DNA of 64,000 nt from positions 33,108,001 through 33,172,000 of the forward strand of contig OZ249438.1 in assembly GCA_965235115.1 (NCBI GenBank), written 5' to 3'. The DNA is from Laetmonice hystrix (Eukaryota). The number at the start of each line of letters is the position of its first letter. Position 1 is the stretch's first letter. The notes below the pieces were generated by a model, which saw nothing but the letters and a program-made list of their open reading frames with translations, had not been told where the DNA came from and did not search any database. Made by a program: the position numbers and the translations under genes. This document shows positions 23,501 to 35,500 of the stretch, piece after piece.

Positions 23501-26500
23501 ACACAAGTCTTGTCTGCCTCATGCCACGTCTACCTAGGACAGCCCGGCCACATCTCTCTGTGTGTAACTCCACAGATCCCACACACCCAATCAGGACTTT
23601 CTGACTCAGTCCACCGTCACACTCAGCCGGGCCGTCCTATACCCAACTACATAGATGGCAATACCCTTTCATGTTGAGTCATCAATCCATACACCCTGAG
23701 ACAGAATCCAGTTTATTCACGCTCGCTCACCTCACAGTACAAAGTCAGAACCCTCTGCAGTATACAGGCATGTCTCCACGCCCCTTATGACGGATCATTT
23801 ATTCCACATAAAAGGAGATTACCCCTTGATCTAAGGTGACATGCCCCATACCCTGCTCTGTTCAGATTAACGTGCAATAATTCTGTGTGGCAATTTACCT
23901 AGTCTTCACTAACCCCTTCTATATTCATTTATTTGAATCTTAAGGTGGCTACAAAGATTTCGGTAAAGTACCTTGGAGAACAATGAGGGACATTTCCAAT
24001 GTAGCCTTGCATAAATTTATTATGTCGTCAATCCTCGAAGTCTTTTTTTCATTTTTGTCATAATTTTGATTTGTTACAGACAGATATTATTTTTAAAACC
24101 CTGAAAAAAATAACGTTGAATTTTTTTCCCCCTTTTCTCATCGAGAAGAGGGTTTTGATCTTCCCTACCCCATCTGACTCCATGTTCTCGCCGAGCCTGC
24201 TAAACCTCAGACATGCCACATCCAAGCTTCAGGCATGCACACTAATTTAAAATTTTGCTGGACCAAGACTTGCAGTATTTGCTACTCAAAGCTTCTCACC
24301 TGGAGGTAAACTACTGTAATCTGTATCTGGGTTTGTGGATCTGCCCCCCCCCCCCCCCCACGACTTTAAATTCTAACCTTCTCCACAAGACTTTTGTATT
24401 AGTAGCACAAAAATATACTTAACAGAACAACAGAAGAATTCATACAGAAATGCAAAGTACGACTTAAAATGACAGGTACCAACTCAAACCAGACTAAAGA
24501 ATTGAAGTTTGTTGTAAAGACAAGGTAAAGGTAAGCGACAATGACAATAGAGAGGAGGCATGGCAGGAGGGGGTTAGAAAGAGTTTTGAGTTAACAGGTT
24601 GTTTTTAAAAACTGAGAAGAAATAACGAACAAGAAATGGTCAACGCATGCACTCACAGGTTGCTGTGCATTGAGGTCATCTTCAATTCTCTGAAATCACA
24701 CACGGACAACACAAGTTGTTAGGACGCTAGCTAGCCACCCACTCTCTCTCTCCCTCTCTCTTCTCCTGTCTAAATTAGGAGCTATTCCCACTCACAGACT
24801 GCAAGGCTTCACCAAATACCAGCGGTTTGGCATAAAATTTCAGGAACTTGATAAAGACCTATTTATTTCTTCATCAAAAGACGTCCATGAGTCTCCTTAC
24901 GTTTCCATGTAGTCATTTATAAAGGTACTGTTTGACTGAACATTTTTCTCAGTATCTCACTTCAGATGCCAGTAGGTGGCATCATATTTTTTTGCGGATT
25001 AACAATGCCAGTGAATAACGAGTTTGGCGCCGGTTCTGGTGAGCCTGCTGACTGTCCAATGGAGAAGTTGGCCTTGTTACAGTTTATCTGCACTGAGAGA
25101 GAGCCACCTGAGATTTGGAGCCTACTGGTACATGCGTCCTATAAGACATTATACATTATATACAGGTACCCTGGCAGCCTGGGAGGAGTCAGACATGCGC
25201 TCACCTACGCAGTTCTCACTGTCTGACCACTCACATAGTCATCCCTACACACCTCTGTCTCTTCCAAATATCCTTCCCTATATTCTTGGCCTAGAATCTC
25301 CCCGATACTGTGGGCCTGGCCTTGTAGTCTAAGACAATTCCTTAGTCTGACCTCAACATCAGCCTGAGGCCGTGGCTGAACTATTTCTATTCACATCAGC
25401 CTCACGTCAGACTGAAAGCAGGCTGAGGGATTGTCTTAGAATATGTCCCGGCCTTGTGTTAGGCATGCACCTGTTAAACCACCTCTCTGTTAAAAGGTTC
25501 ATGAAGCAAGCACACCGCTGCCCACCCCTCCTTCTCTCACTTATCTTCCTACCACCTTCCCTCTTCATATTAATGTACATTTGTAGACAAACACCCCCCA
25601 CTGGACAAATTTGGTTTGAAAGATTACATCAGGCAGTTGCCAGGGTCTTCCGACAATTTTTCTTTTTTCTTCTCCTTTCTTTTTTTTTAACTTAAATTAA
25701 TTGAAAGTAAAATATTACATATTGCAGTTATTTCTGTCAAGTTAGTTTTTGGTTTACAAAAGAAGCAAGAGAAATTTGTTACCTAAGTATAAAACACATA
25801 CCGTACACATAAACTACTGACAATTACATGTAAAGTGGGGAAACTACAACTGGGAGAGAAAGACCTCACACTGTCACAAAAAGCTCTTAGATCACGATGC
25901 ACCAAAACGTCCACAGTTAAAATGTGTCCCGAGAATTGCCCGTAATTACATTGTGAACAGGGGAAGACAGCTAGATCAGTTACTTACAAGTACTACTTTA
26001 CCTTTATAAAGGTTTCTTGACGGGCTAAACAGACTTTCTAACAGGGTCTGTTATCTAGCATAGTGAAGAGGACAAATAAAGTGAGGTGAAACGTTTCCAT
26101 ACGGACTGGTCACTGTCGGTAGAATATCTATGGTTTTTTTAAATTGCTGATACCTGATGTTGACCATGGGTGTTTAAGTTTTCTTTGTGAATATCCCCTT
26201 TCTTGTTCTCTGTCAGCAGCCTGTATTTCTACTACTTTCTTTCTACTATTGTTTTCAAACGTGACCTACCATAAAAAAACTAGATGTTCTCTCCTCAGCT
26301 TACAAATTTACTGTCCCAAATCTGTCCCAGAAGAGACAAGACACAACTGGTACAACCCTTGGCATTGCACATATATCTTTCTTTGGTGCAGCCTTTATAT
26401 TATTCCACCCTAACGGACACTCGAACACAGTAAAAATACTGTGTATACTGTGGCCTTTGTCTGGCATTATACAGGCATGCAGGGAATAACGGCAGCAACA

Positions 26501-29500
26501 AATACTGGTGTTATTTCAACAACTGGGCACTACTCACCTTATGTTTCTTCAGCAGTGACTGAACGGAAGCCTCATCTCGACCAACATCTTCGCTGGAAAC
26601 CAGGCGAAGTGTGTCGAGCATCCATGTGTCAACATCATCCGCATCCGCAAAGAACTACAGAAAACATCCATTTCGTTTATTACATGCTTGCATCTTACAG
26701 TGCAGCCAACTGCAAAACCCCTACCATATAAAGTTTTACACTCAGCACATTTCGCCTTTACTTAATCTTCTATTAACTTTTCCATCATACAAGTGCTATA
26801 CTTCCAATAACCCAGAAAGCAACTAGAATTCCACCACAGTCCTTTTATTAATTTGACTGTCAAATGCTGTCAAAGTTTAATGCCTGCTAAGCCAGAACCT
26901 TGCAGTGTGATTACGTTCACCTACCTGGTAGAAGTCGACAGCCTCCAGGAGGCGCTTCTTGCGGAATGCAGCGAGGTCGATGAGGTTGTCCCACTGACCG
27001 TTGATCTCGGTGATGCGCTGCTGTATCTTCTCGGCCCCAAGGTTGCCTGCTTTGATCAGATCCTCTCCGACCTGCATTACCGACTGCAGGTGCGAGTGGC
27101 GAGCCTGCATCTCATCCTCATTAGCCTGCAACCACATATTCCAAATGACCTTTGTGACTTGTGTCAAGATACTAGTATTATATTCTATTGGAGTGAAAGA
27201 CAATATCAGCACTTTTTGAGATCGACTCGATGACTGAAGCTACCCTTCAATGTTACAGTAGGAACACTATTTATTTACTATCTATTTTTGTTTGATTTGC
27301 TGTAACGAGAATCTCTTTAAATGTTACAGCTCTATTTCAACTGGAAGGGTTCAAAACAAATGGTAGTTATGTTACAACTGACTGCACTGAAAGCTAACAG
27401 CACGGGGACTCAGGCAGAGAGAAATAAAGTTGTTTTTTAATTGGGGAAGCATGTTTCTGATACCTCAATAAGCGAGTCAAAGGTGCACAGTTCCAATTCT
27501 ACTCTATTCTTGCTTATTTATCAATTGACTACAAGCAGCTTTGGGAAACACTTAGGTGACCCACCACTAGTAATAGCAACAGGAAACAGAGGATTTCCCC
27601 AGCCGAAAAGTATTTTGCAGAGGACGGTAGCAGTTCTTTTACTACACTGGGCATGATATGCCTGTTATGCCAGCACATGGCTATTTGAGAACCAAGAACT
27701 GACGTCACCGCCCCCTGCAGCAGGTCATCGTTAAATGACCCCCGATTCCTCGGCTGGGAAAACTCCTGCACAACAAGAACAAGAAGAAAAGGAAAAATCT
27801 TCTCTACAATTTTGTACGAACTTGGGCAAAAAATATTTAACTTTCAGGTTCAATACACAATAATGAATGATTTCTTTCAAATGAACTAACTAGGGGCTGT
27901 CTATCACAAGTCTCTGCTTCAGTACTGGGGTCGAGGGAATACAGATTTACTGCACTCAATTCACAAATTTAATTCCACCTACAAATCTTTCAACATATTA
28001 TTTCATAAATCTACATTTTGAATCCAGTTCATTGGTTGAGGAACGGCAGAATACTTAGAGGATGTGGATGTTGTATTATGGAGAGTTGTCTTTTAAACTG
28101 ATCTTATCTCGGCCACTTTACCAGGTCATCAAGTAAATCAGACACAGTATCAATGAGATAGTCATGAAGACCAAGCTCGTTGCCTATCTCATCCTCCTCG
28201 GCTGTCTCAAGTTCTATACAGTATCTATGCAGAATAATATTTTACATATTCAACTCAGAAAGCACTTATTACTACAGTTAACGTTGTAATTACGCATGCA
28301 TGCAGACTTCTAACTGAAAACACCAAATGAAACAAGAAAACTACAGCTAATAAATTAAGATTTAGAGATACAACCTAAGAATATAACAATTAACATTTCT
28401 AAGTCTAGTTTTGACAAAACGCAAGAAATTCGCTGGACTTTTGTGGGCTGGGATATAACACTGGTTCTGAGGTAAAGGTGTGTGCCCCATCACCACCCAC
28501 GACCCGTGTTGAGCAAAGCTACAGGGGTCCATGCTGACCCCTTGCTACCCTGAGACTAACCTTGTGTTTGTTGAGGAGAAGGTGTACTGATGTGAGGTCG
28601 TGTCCAAGATCAGGTGATGACATGAGTTGTTCCTTCTCGCGGATCCATCCCTCCTCATCAGCCATGTCCCAGTAGAACTGCCACAGTCTACGCGACTCTT
28701 CCAGCTTCGAGCGGCGGTCGGAGGCCAGTTGCTGGAGCTCCTCGTATGCGGCCTCCAGGTGTGACATACGGTCCTTCACAACCTGTGGGTCGCACGGCTT
28801 GTAGCCTTGGCAACCACATACAACTTTTGTTAAATCTCATTGGGAGAGAATGGGCAAGTCCCTACAGCAACACTGAGACCAAATCACACATCCCACACAA
28901 CAGCCTACTGGGCTCATGTCAACATCACCTCGACATCTTCCTTCTTAGTACCAAACAGCCATCACCTCTCTACACATCTTGTCTGTACTTCAATTAAGAG
29001 ACAGAACCGAAAGCCTGATGTTGACTAGAGCCCCACCACACACCAATACTCAGTGTTGCCATCGGAACAATAAAAGTAGGATATCACGACAATGACTTAA
29101 TTTAATTCAACCGACAGGGTGGCACAATCTTACATCTATATCACACATGAAGAAGTGGTACATGACTCCGTATGCACCACATCTTCATCATTAGTATGTC
29201 TTCCTTTTCTTCCTTTTTCTTAGAGAGATTGTTCAACCTGCACACGTTATCACAAACCTAAGTTGCACCACCTTCTCGTGGACGAGGGTTAGGATGACAG
29301 ACCACTGGGTTGGGGTGGCGGGGGGGGGGGGGAGCTTCTGATGTAATACGGGAGAGGAATGGTTTTCTATGTCTATGACATACATGTCATTGCCTTTTAC
29401 TTACACCCCGATTCTAACAACTAGTATCTAAAGCTAGCTCAAACTTATTACCAGTGGGTGAGGGGGGAGCGGGCATAGGGGATTGAGGACCTGCTGCTGG

Positions 29501-32500
29501 TTCTCTCTATGGAACTGGTTGGCACACAGCTTTAGATGGGACGGGTGCAACTTAAGGTACTATGAAGCAACACTCCAACCTTTAGTTCAAGCCAAAACTA
29601 GTCTTGATTAATTTACTAATGTAGGCCAACCATGAGAGCACTGCCGCTTGGCAAGCTCTGCTACAAATACAAAGTATTGTGCCATCCTGGATAGAAATCA
29701 TGTGGAGTCCAAAGCAATACAGCAGTGGCTACCTCCAGCATCAGGGAAGTCACCTTCGACGAACTTCTCAGCCTGAGAGTTGACACTGCGGACTCGTTCG
29801 CCCACCACGTTGATGTCAGCCTCGAGTAGTGAGTGTTTCTGTAGCAGATCCTCTACTCCCATCAGGTGCTTGCCATAGTCTTCTGAGAGAAGGCGAGCCT
29901 AATGCAACAACAAAACGGGCCATGAGCAAGACTGTGCTATCACAGAGTAAACAAATATATGATATATGATCTTATACCAAAACTACCTTTAAACCCAGTA
30001 TAGGCATAAAGACCTCACCTTGATCTCATCCATCCAGTCAAGTATGTAGAGCATCTCTTGGAATATTTTCTGAAGAGCAAGGGACAATTCTAGACGCATG
30101 CGGCGCGCACGTAGCAGTTCTAGGAGGTAGTTCCACAGGCGAAGCACGTTGTCCTTTCGAGCACTAATACGCTCGTTGTCATGGTAATTTTCCTGCTCCA
30201 GTTCATAAGCCACAGAGACAACTGCCTGTACGCGCTCCTCATATGCATTGATGTCTGTCTCGATGGCTTCATGTTTCTTGGTTGCTGCTTCAACTGCAGC
30301 CAAATCATAACCAAAGTTGTCCTGAGACACCAGGCGTTGGTTCTCACTCAGCCAGGTCTCACGCATGCCTGCCTTGCGGTCAAATCTGGAGGCCAACTGT
30401 TCAAGCTTCTCTTGCCTGGAAAAACAAGACAATATGTTTAGAAGTACCACAAAGTAACAGTGGATGCTTTATCCAATCTGTAAGTGCTAAACTGGTCAAG
30501 CTACAGACAGAGTATTATGGACATTATACAAATATCCCCTCACAACAATTAATAATATTGTACATTAGTTGATACCCCTTCCAGCACATACTAGCTAGTA
30601 GCGGTAGTTGAACTGCCATCTAGACTTCATTTACCTGATGAGTTCCTCACGTAGAGCCAGTTCACGTTCATGCTCAGCTTTCTCCAAACGGTCCCAGGCA
30701 CGGTTGATATCGGAGATAAGCTGAGTCTCTTTTGGCAGGTAGGGCTTCTGGTTGTTGGCACGCATCTTACTCTGGATGGTGAACAGCAGTACCTCCAGGT
30801 TGCCCTTCTCGACAAACCTGAAACAAACATATCAAGATGGTATCAAGTGTCATCAAATGGTTACACGACTGCACAGTTTGGTTCAGAAAATGATAATTTA
30901 CATGAAATTTATGTTCATCTCTTAAATGTGGAGCACTATGAATATTATCTGATGCATAACTGTTCAACAATTGTTACACTTCTTCTGAACAGACAGTCAA
31001 GAAATACACTACTCAAACTTGACTGTTTTAGCTCTATTTTGAGATCTTTCTGTTTACATTTCTTCATGTTCTGACTTACTTGGGTGGTTTTTCAACTGTG
31101 CGGTAAGTGTTGAATGATGTGAGTTGTTGCTGGACACCTTGGAGTGAATTTGCAAAGCTGCGTTCATTGAGGACTTCAATGGTGTTCTTAATCCATTCCA
31201 GAAGGTCGGAGGTCAATGTCTCATAATCATTGATCATCTGGTTGTTCTCCAGACATTGGTTGATCACCTGCATTGTAAAAATAATAAGTCTACCCTCCAA
31301 AACAAAAATACAAAAAATGTCAACTATAATCTTCCCAGTTTTACAACTTTCACATATAAGGAACACAAATGTCTGTAGAACCTTGCCGTTGAAGAACTAC
31401 ATTGCTACATACCTGCCAACATTCGGTCGACGGAATCTGGAATCATCTCAAATTGACTTTTGATATTCTCTCTAAATAACTTATATGGCCCCCCTTTTCT
31501 TTTATCCATCTCTCTCTCTTCCTCTCCATTACTGACAGAAAGCACAACTCTGATTTACTAAACTTAGTCTAGAGATCTAGTTATATGGCTGGGACCATAA
31601 ATGATCTTTTTGCCAGTGAAACTCTGCCATGAGCGAGAGATTTAACATGTATTTGGAGGGAATCTTATTCTGTAAATTTTATGATTCCGTAATTAGAGAG
31701 TAATGCGGAATACGGAATACCTCATTCAAATGCGGAAAGATTCCGAAAGAATAATAGGCAGGTATGTTGCTACGTACATTCTGTTCTTGACATTATATTT
31801 CCTTATAATTCCTTTTTACACAGGTCAACATACCAATGCACTTTTTCACAGCATTGTTTCATGCCTCAAATAGTGTGAGAAATGTAACTCCCTGACCTTT
31901 CCTACTCTGCGTCCCTGGACAGACTCAGCCTTCATCTTAGAGAAGAAGTGATAGTATGTGACAACGTATGTCATGATGGATTTCTCATCTGGGTAGTCAA
32001 CGGCAACATCTACAACACAATCAACCATGATAATCACTCATCTCCTCACAGTAACAATAACACACCAATTACATGGCAAAGTCAGACAGCAGAAGTATGA
32101 TAAATTCAATTTTTTAATACCGTAATCTAGATGAGTAATCAGGCACTTTTCAGACCTATTATAAACACAATCCGTTTTGGTGTTTAAAAATGACATTACC
32201 CTCGGCATCAAGGAATCGTGTAAGTCCGAGCTTCTCCTCAGCCGTGTTGAAGGCATTGTTAAGGTTGTAGATGGGGTTGGACTTCTGCAGCTTGTCATAG
32301 CGGATCAGGTCCGGCCTGAAAACACAACCATTGTGTTTAGTTACATGTGTCCAAAAAAGACTGACGAATGATGGGCAAACATAACATTAGTACATCATAA
32401 ATATACCAGGATATATAATATTCAGTAGCAAGTATAAGATACACATTGTCAATTGCAGTGACAACAGACTGTGGAGTGTTGTTGTCCCTCTGATATTGAT

Positions 32501-35500
32501 CAAAGGCAAGTCTTTGGTAGGAAATTGTTAGGAAAAAACAAAAACCTTGTAATAGGGCAGTTTCATTAAATGCCTCTGCACTAAAGGGTGATGTGGATAA
32601 GAATACAACTGTGTCAAATTGTATTTATTGTATAACCACCGTTTACCATTGTACCCAGTCACAGGTGTTCAATGCTGATCAATGGCCCATACATTGAGTG
32701 TACCTGCACCTACATCTACTGCCATCAGACACTATGAGTCTCCAGGCCCTCAGGCTATCAGGCCATGCTGACACGGTGTAAAACCACCAACACTCCCTCA
32801 CTATGCTATTGTGAACAGCAGCAGCTTGGACAAGCCCAACTTCAACATGTTCTACATTACACACTGGTATCTTTCTGTCCATTTATTTGTGCCTGCGTCA
32901 ATCCCATGAAATACAATGTGCTGAGCCCTAATTGCCATGTGAAAATGACCGTGAAAATGTGTCGTCAGCGTCTGGCGATGTCTGTTGAGGTGGGCGGGGT
33001 CAACATTAATATTACTCAATATTCTGTGCTCTATCATGATTTGGGAGATTGTTTTCCTTTCCTACCACTGTACCAGGACCCAAATGATCCATGGATGTCA
33101 GATTTCAAGTAGAATCCGACAGCTCCAATATTTTTGTACCATTGCACTCCCAATTTCTATCACCACACTGCCTATAGACACACATTCCAATATTAACATC
33201 AATTACTATACAAGGCACCAACCTCCTTATTTTGACACTGGAGGTCGGTCAATCACTTTCCAGAAATCTTATCAGTGTTTGGCATGCACTTATCAAAGGT
33301 CTTACCAGTGTACACAACCAGACAGTATGTGTGGTACAGGCATCGCTAAGTACACAGTAACGTACTGCTATATTATGATACCACTTATCCTCAGCAGATT
33401 TTCTCATTTTTAAATACATCTAGCATTCCTAAATATATCGATCATGGGCACAATCTCATTTTCAGATTCAACAATTCAGGGAATACTGAAATTTTAAACC
33501 AGCAGAGGGCATCAAATATAAAGTACTACGTGCCCTTTTATTATCAGTATCCTATAAATAACAATTCATTCCTGCCCCAAATGTCAGGTCTCCCCCCCCC
33601 CCCCCACCTTGGCGGTGATAGGCAGTCTTATCACAGGAAACATCTATTTTAGCTAGGAATGCACTGCTGGCAGTGGCTATAGCCATAGGCATCTCAAAAG
33701 ACCTAATTACTGAGTTTCGATCTTTCCGTATAATACAGCCCTGTCTGGCAGGTGCACTGTCTCCTGACCTAGATTGTTCCACTTGTTAACCAATCCACGT
33801 AAGTACAACACAAACATCATAGTGACGGCAATGTTTGCTTACTGATGCCAGCATGATGACCCTGACACTCAATGAAAACCAACCGACCGGAAAAGGAAAA
33901 CCATTGGCGCTGTATTTTTATCTATATACCTACGAAAATAAAGGGTTCCCTATAACATTTTCTACTTCAGTACAGTGATGACACAAAGTCGACCACCAGA
34001 GTGGAGTTGTCTCTCGACAAGAAGAAAAAAATCATTCCTCGAATATGATTCATAGACTGCGACACTCAATCATACCAAAAAAGTGTTAGCACTAGTAGGG
34101 AGTGCAAACAAGTTGGTGCCCTATTAACATACACTAGACATACATTGCACTGTCAACACTATGTCAAGTCCTTTGAACAGAGATTCATTGGCGGCAGACA
34201 TATTGGTGTTGCCATAGTGATGTCATCAATTCTGCCTCCATTCAGAAGAGTAATTTGAACACTTCTCCTTGAAAAAATACTCCCTTCCATCTCCATTTTT
34301 ACTGTGGTGTATTCCCAAATCTGTTCTGATGTTTTGTTAAATTATGAATTATGGTATGCTGCTTCACATAGGCTTCTACCTTGGGCCAAGTCACAACAAC
34401 TTTTCAAACTCTCTCAATGTCAGAGACAAAATGTGTACCGAAAATCATGAAGCATATCTCAAGGTGCAAAATAATCCAGAAAATCTGACTAGCAAAATAA
34501 GATTGATTTGCAGATAGTACTAAATTATACTGAACATTTTGGAAAATGATTAGGAAAATGCATCACCTGTATAGCAATTTGCAATGCGAAACAGGTTATT
34601 TTGCTGCTTGTACCTATCTATACCTTCGATGCGACAGGATTTAAGTGTCATCAAGAGTATGCCCACATGACACCTCCGGCTTCATGACCTAAGGTCACTG
34701 AGCTACATGACCTATCCTTCCAAGCTACTGGATACAATTCTAAGGCCTGGGGAACTCGCCAGTTAGATCAAATACTACAACTGGATACAAAAATCTGAAC
34801 CCATTCCTGGGCCACTGGACTCACAACCCTGCTACATCTTCTACTTTCTCTCCATGCTGTTCCATGATCATTACTCCATTCTCAAACTTTACTGTCCCGT
34901 CATCTCGCCCCTCTAATCAGGTTGATGTCCAAAGTGTGCAGTGTTCTGGCTACATACCTGTGTTTGTGGATGATTGCGTTAAACGCGAGCCCGTCACGCC
35001 AGCTAGTGGTGAAGTTACGCACATTGACGTTAGGGTAGCCGGCGGTCTTCATCTGACACCACAGCAGCAGTGCGTCCTTGGCCGACTTCGTCTCTGAACT
35101 GTCAGCCTCCTCCACCTGGATATCCTGGATCTGTAAACACATCAAGCCGTCACCTTAACCCTCTCCTTCTTTCTCAAATTAATTACACAATCAAGCAGGC
35201 ACAGCGGCACACATAATTTTCAGTTAATTTAACAAATACAGATAAATAATTATAATCCAAAGACCCGATATTTTTATTCACACGTTTCCATGACACTCTA
35301 TTGCCGACCGCTCTCACATTAAAAATCTCAAGATCACGACGACCTTTTAAAATCTTTTTTCTTTCTTTTTTATTTCCATATTCTTTTTTTATATCATTTT
35401 TTGCGGGGATAGGACCCTGATATATCCTGTTCTAAATTTTAGAAAATGCAGGTAATCCCAATCATTTGAAATGTAACGCTATGCATTCAATGATCATCTT

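Noticed and set aside
24378-24493. 14-nt plus 13-nt micro-exon pair reading SGLSCLVEK between the 33- and 24-nt candidates
   Set aside because: Weak donor (gtacct) and weak AAG acceptor, and it would break the P-RVLTL spectrin-like register
29405-29413. 9-nt phase 1-1 microexon (AATCGGGGT|gtaagt) in intron 10
   Set aside because: The acceptor lacks a pyrimidine tract; such weak matches arise by chance, which is also why the shortest microexon calls above carry low confidence
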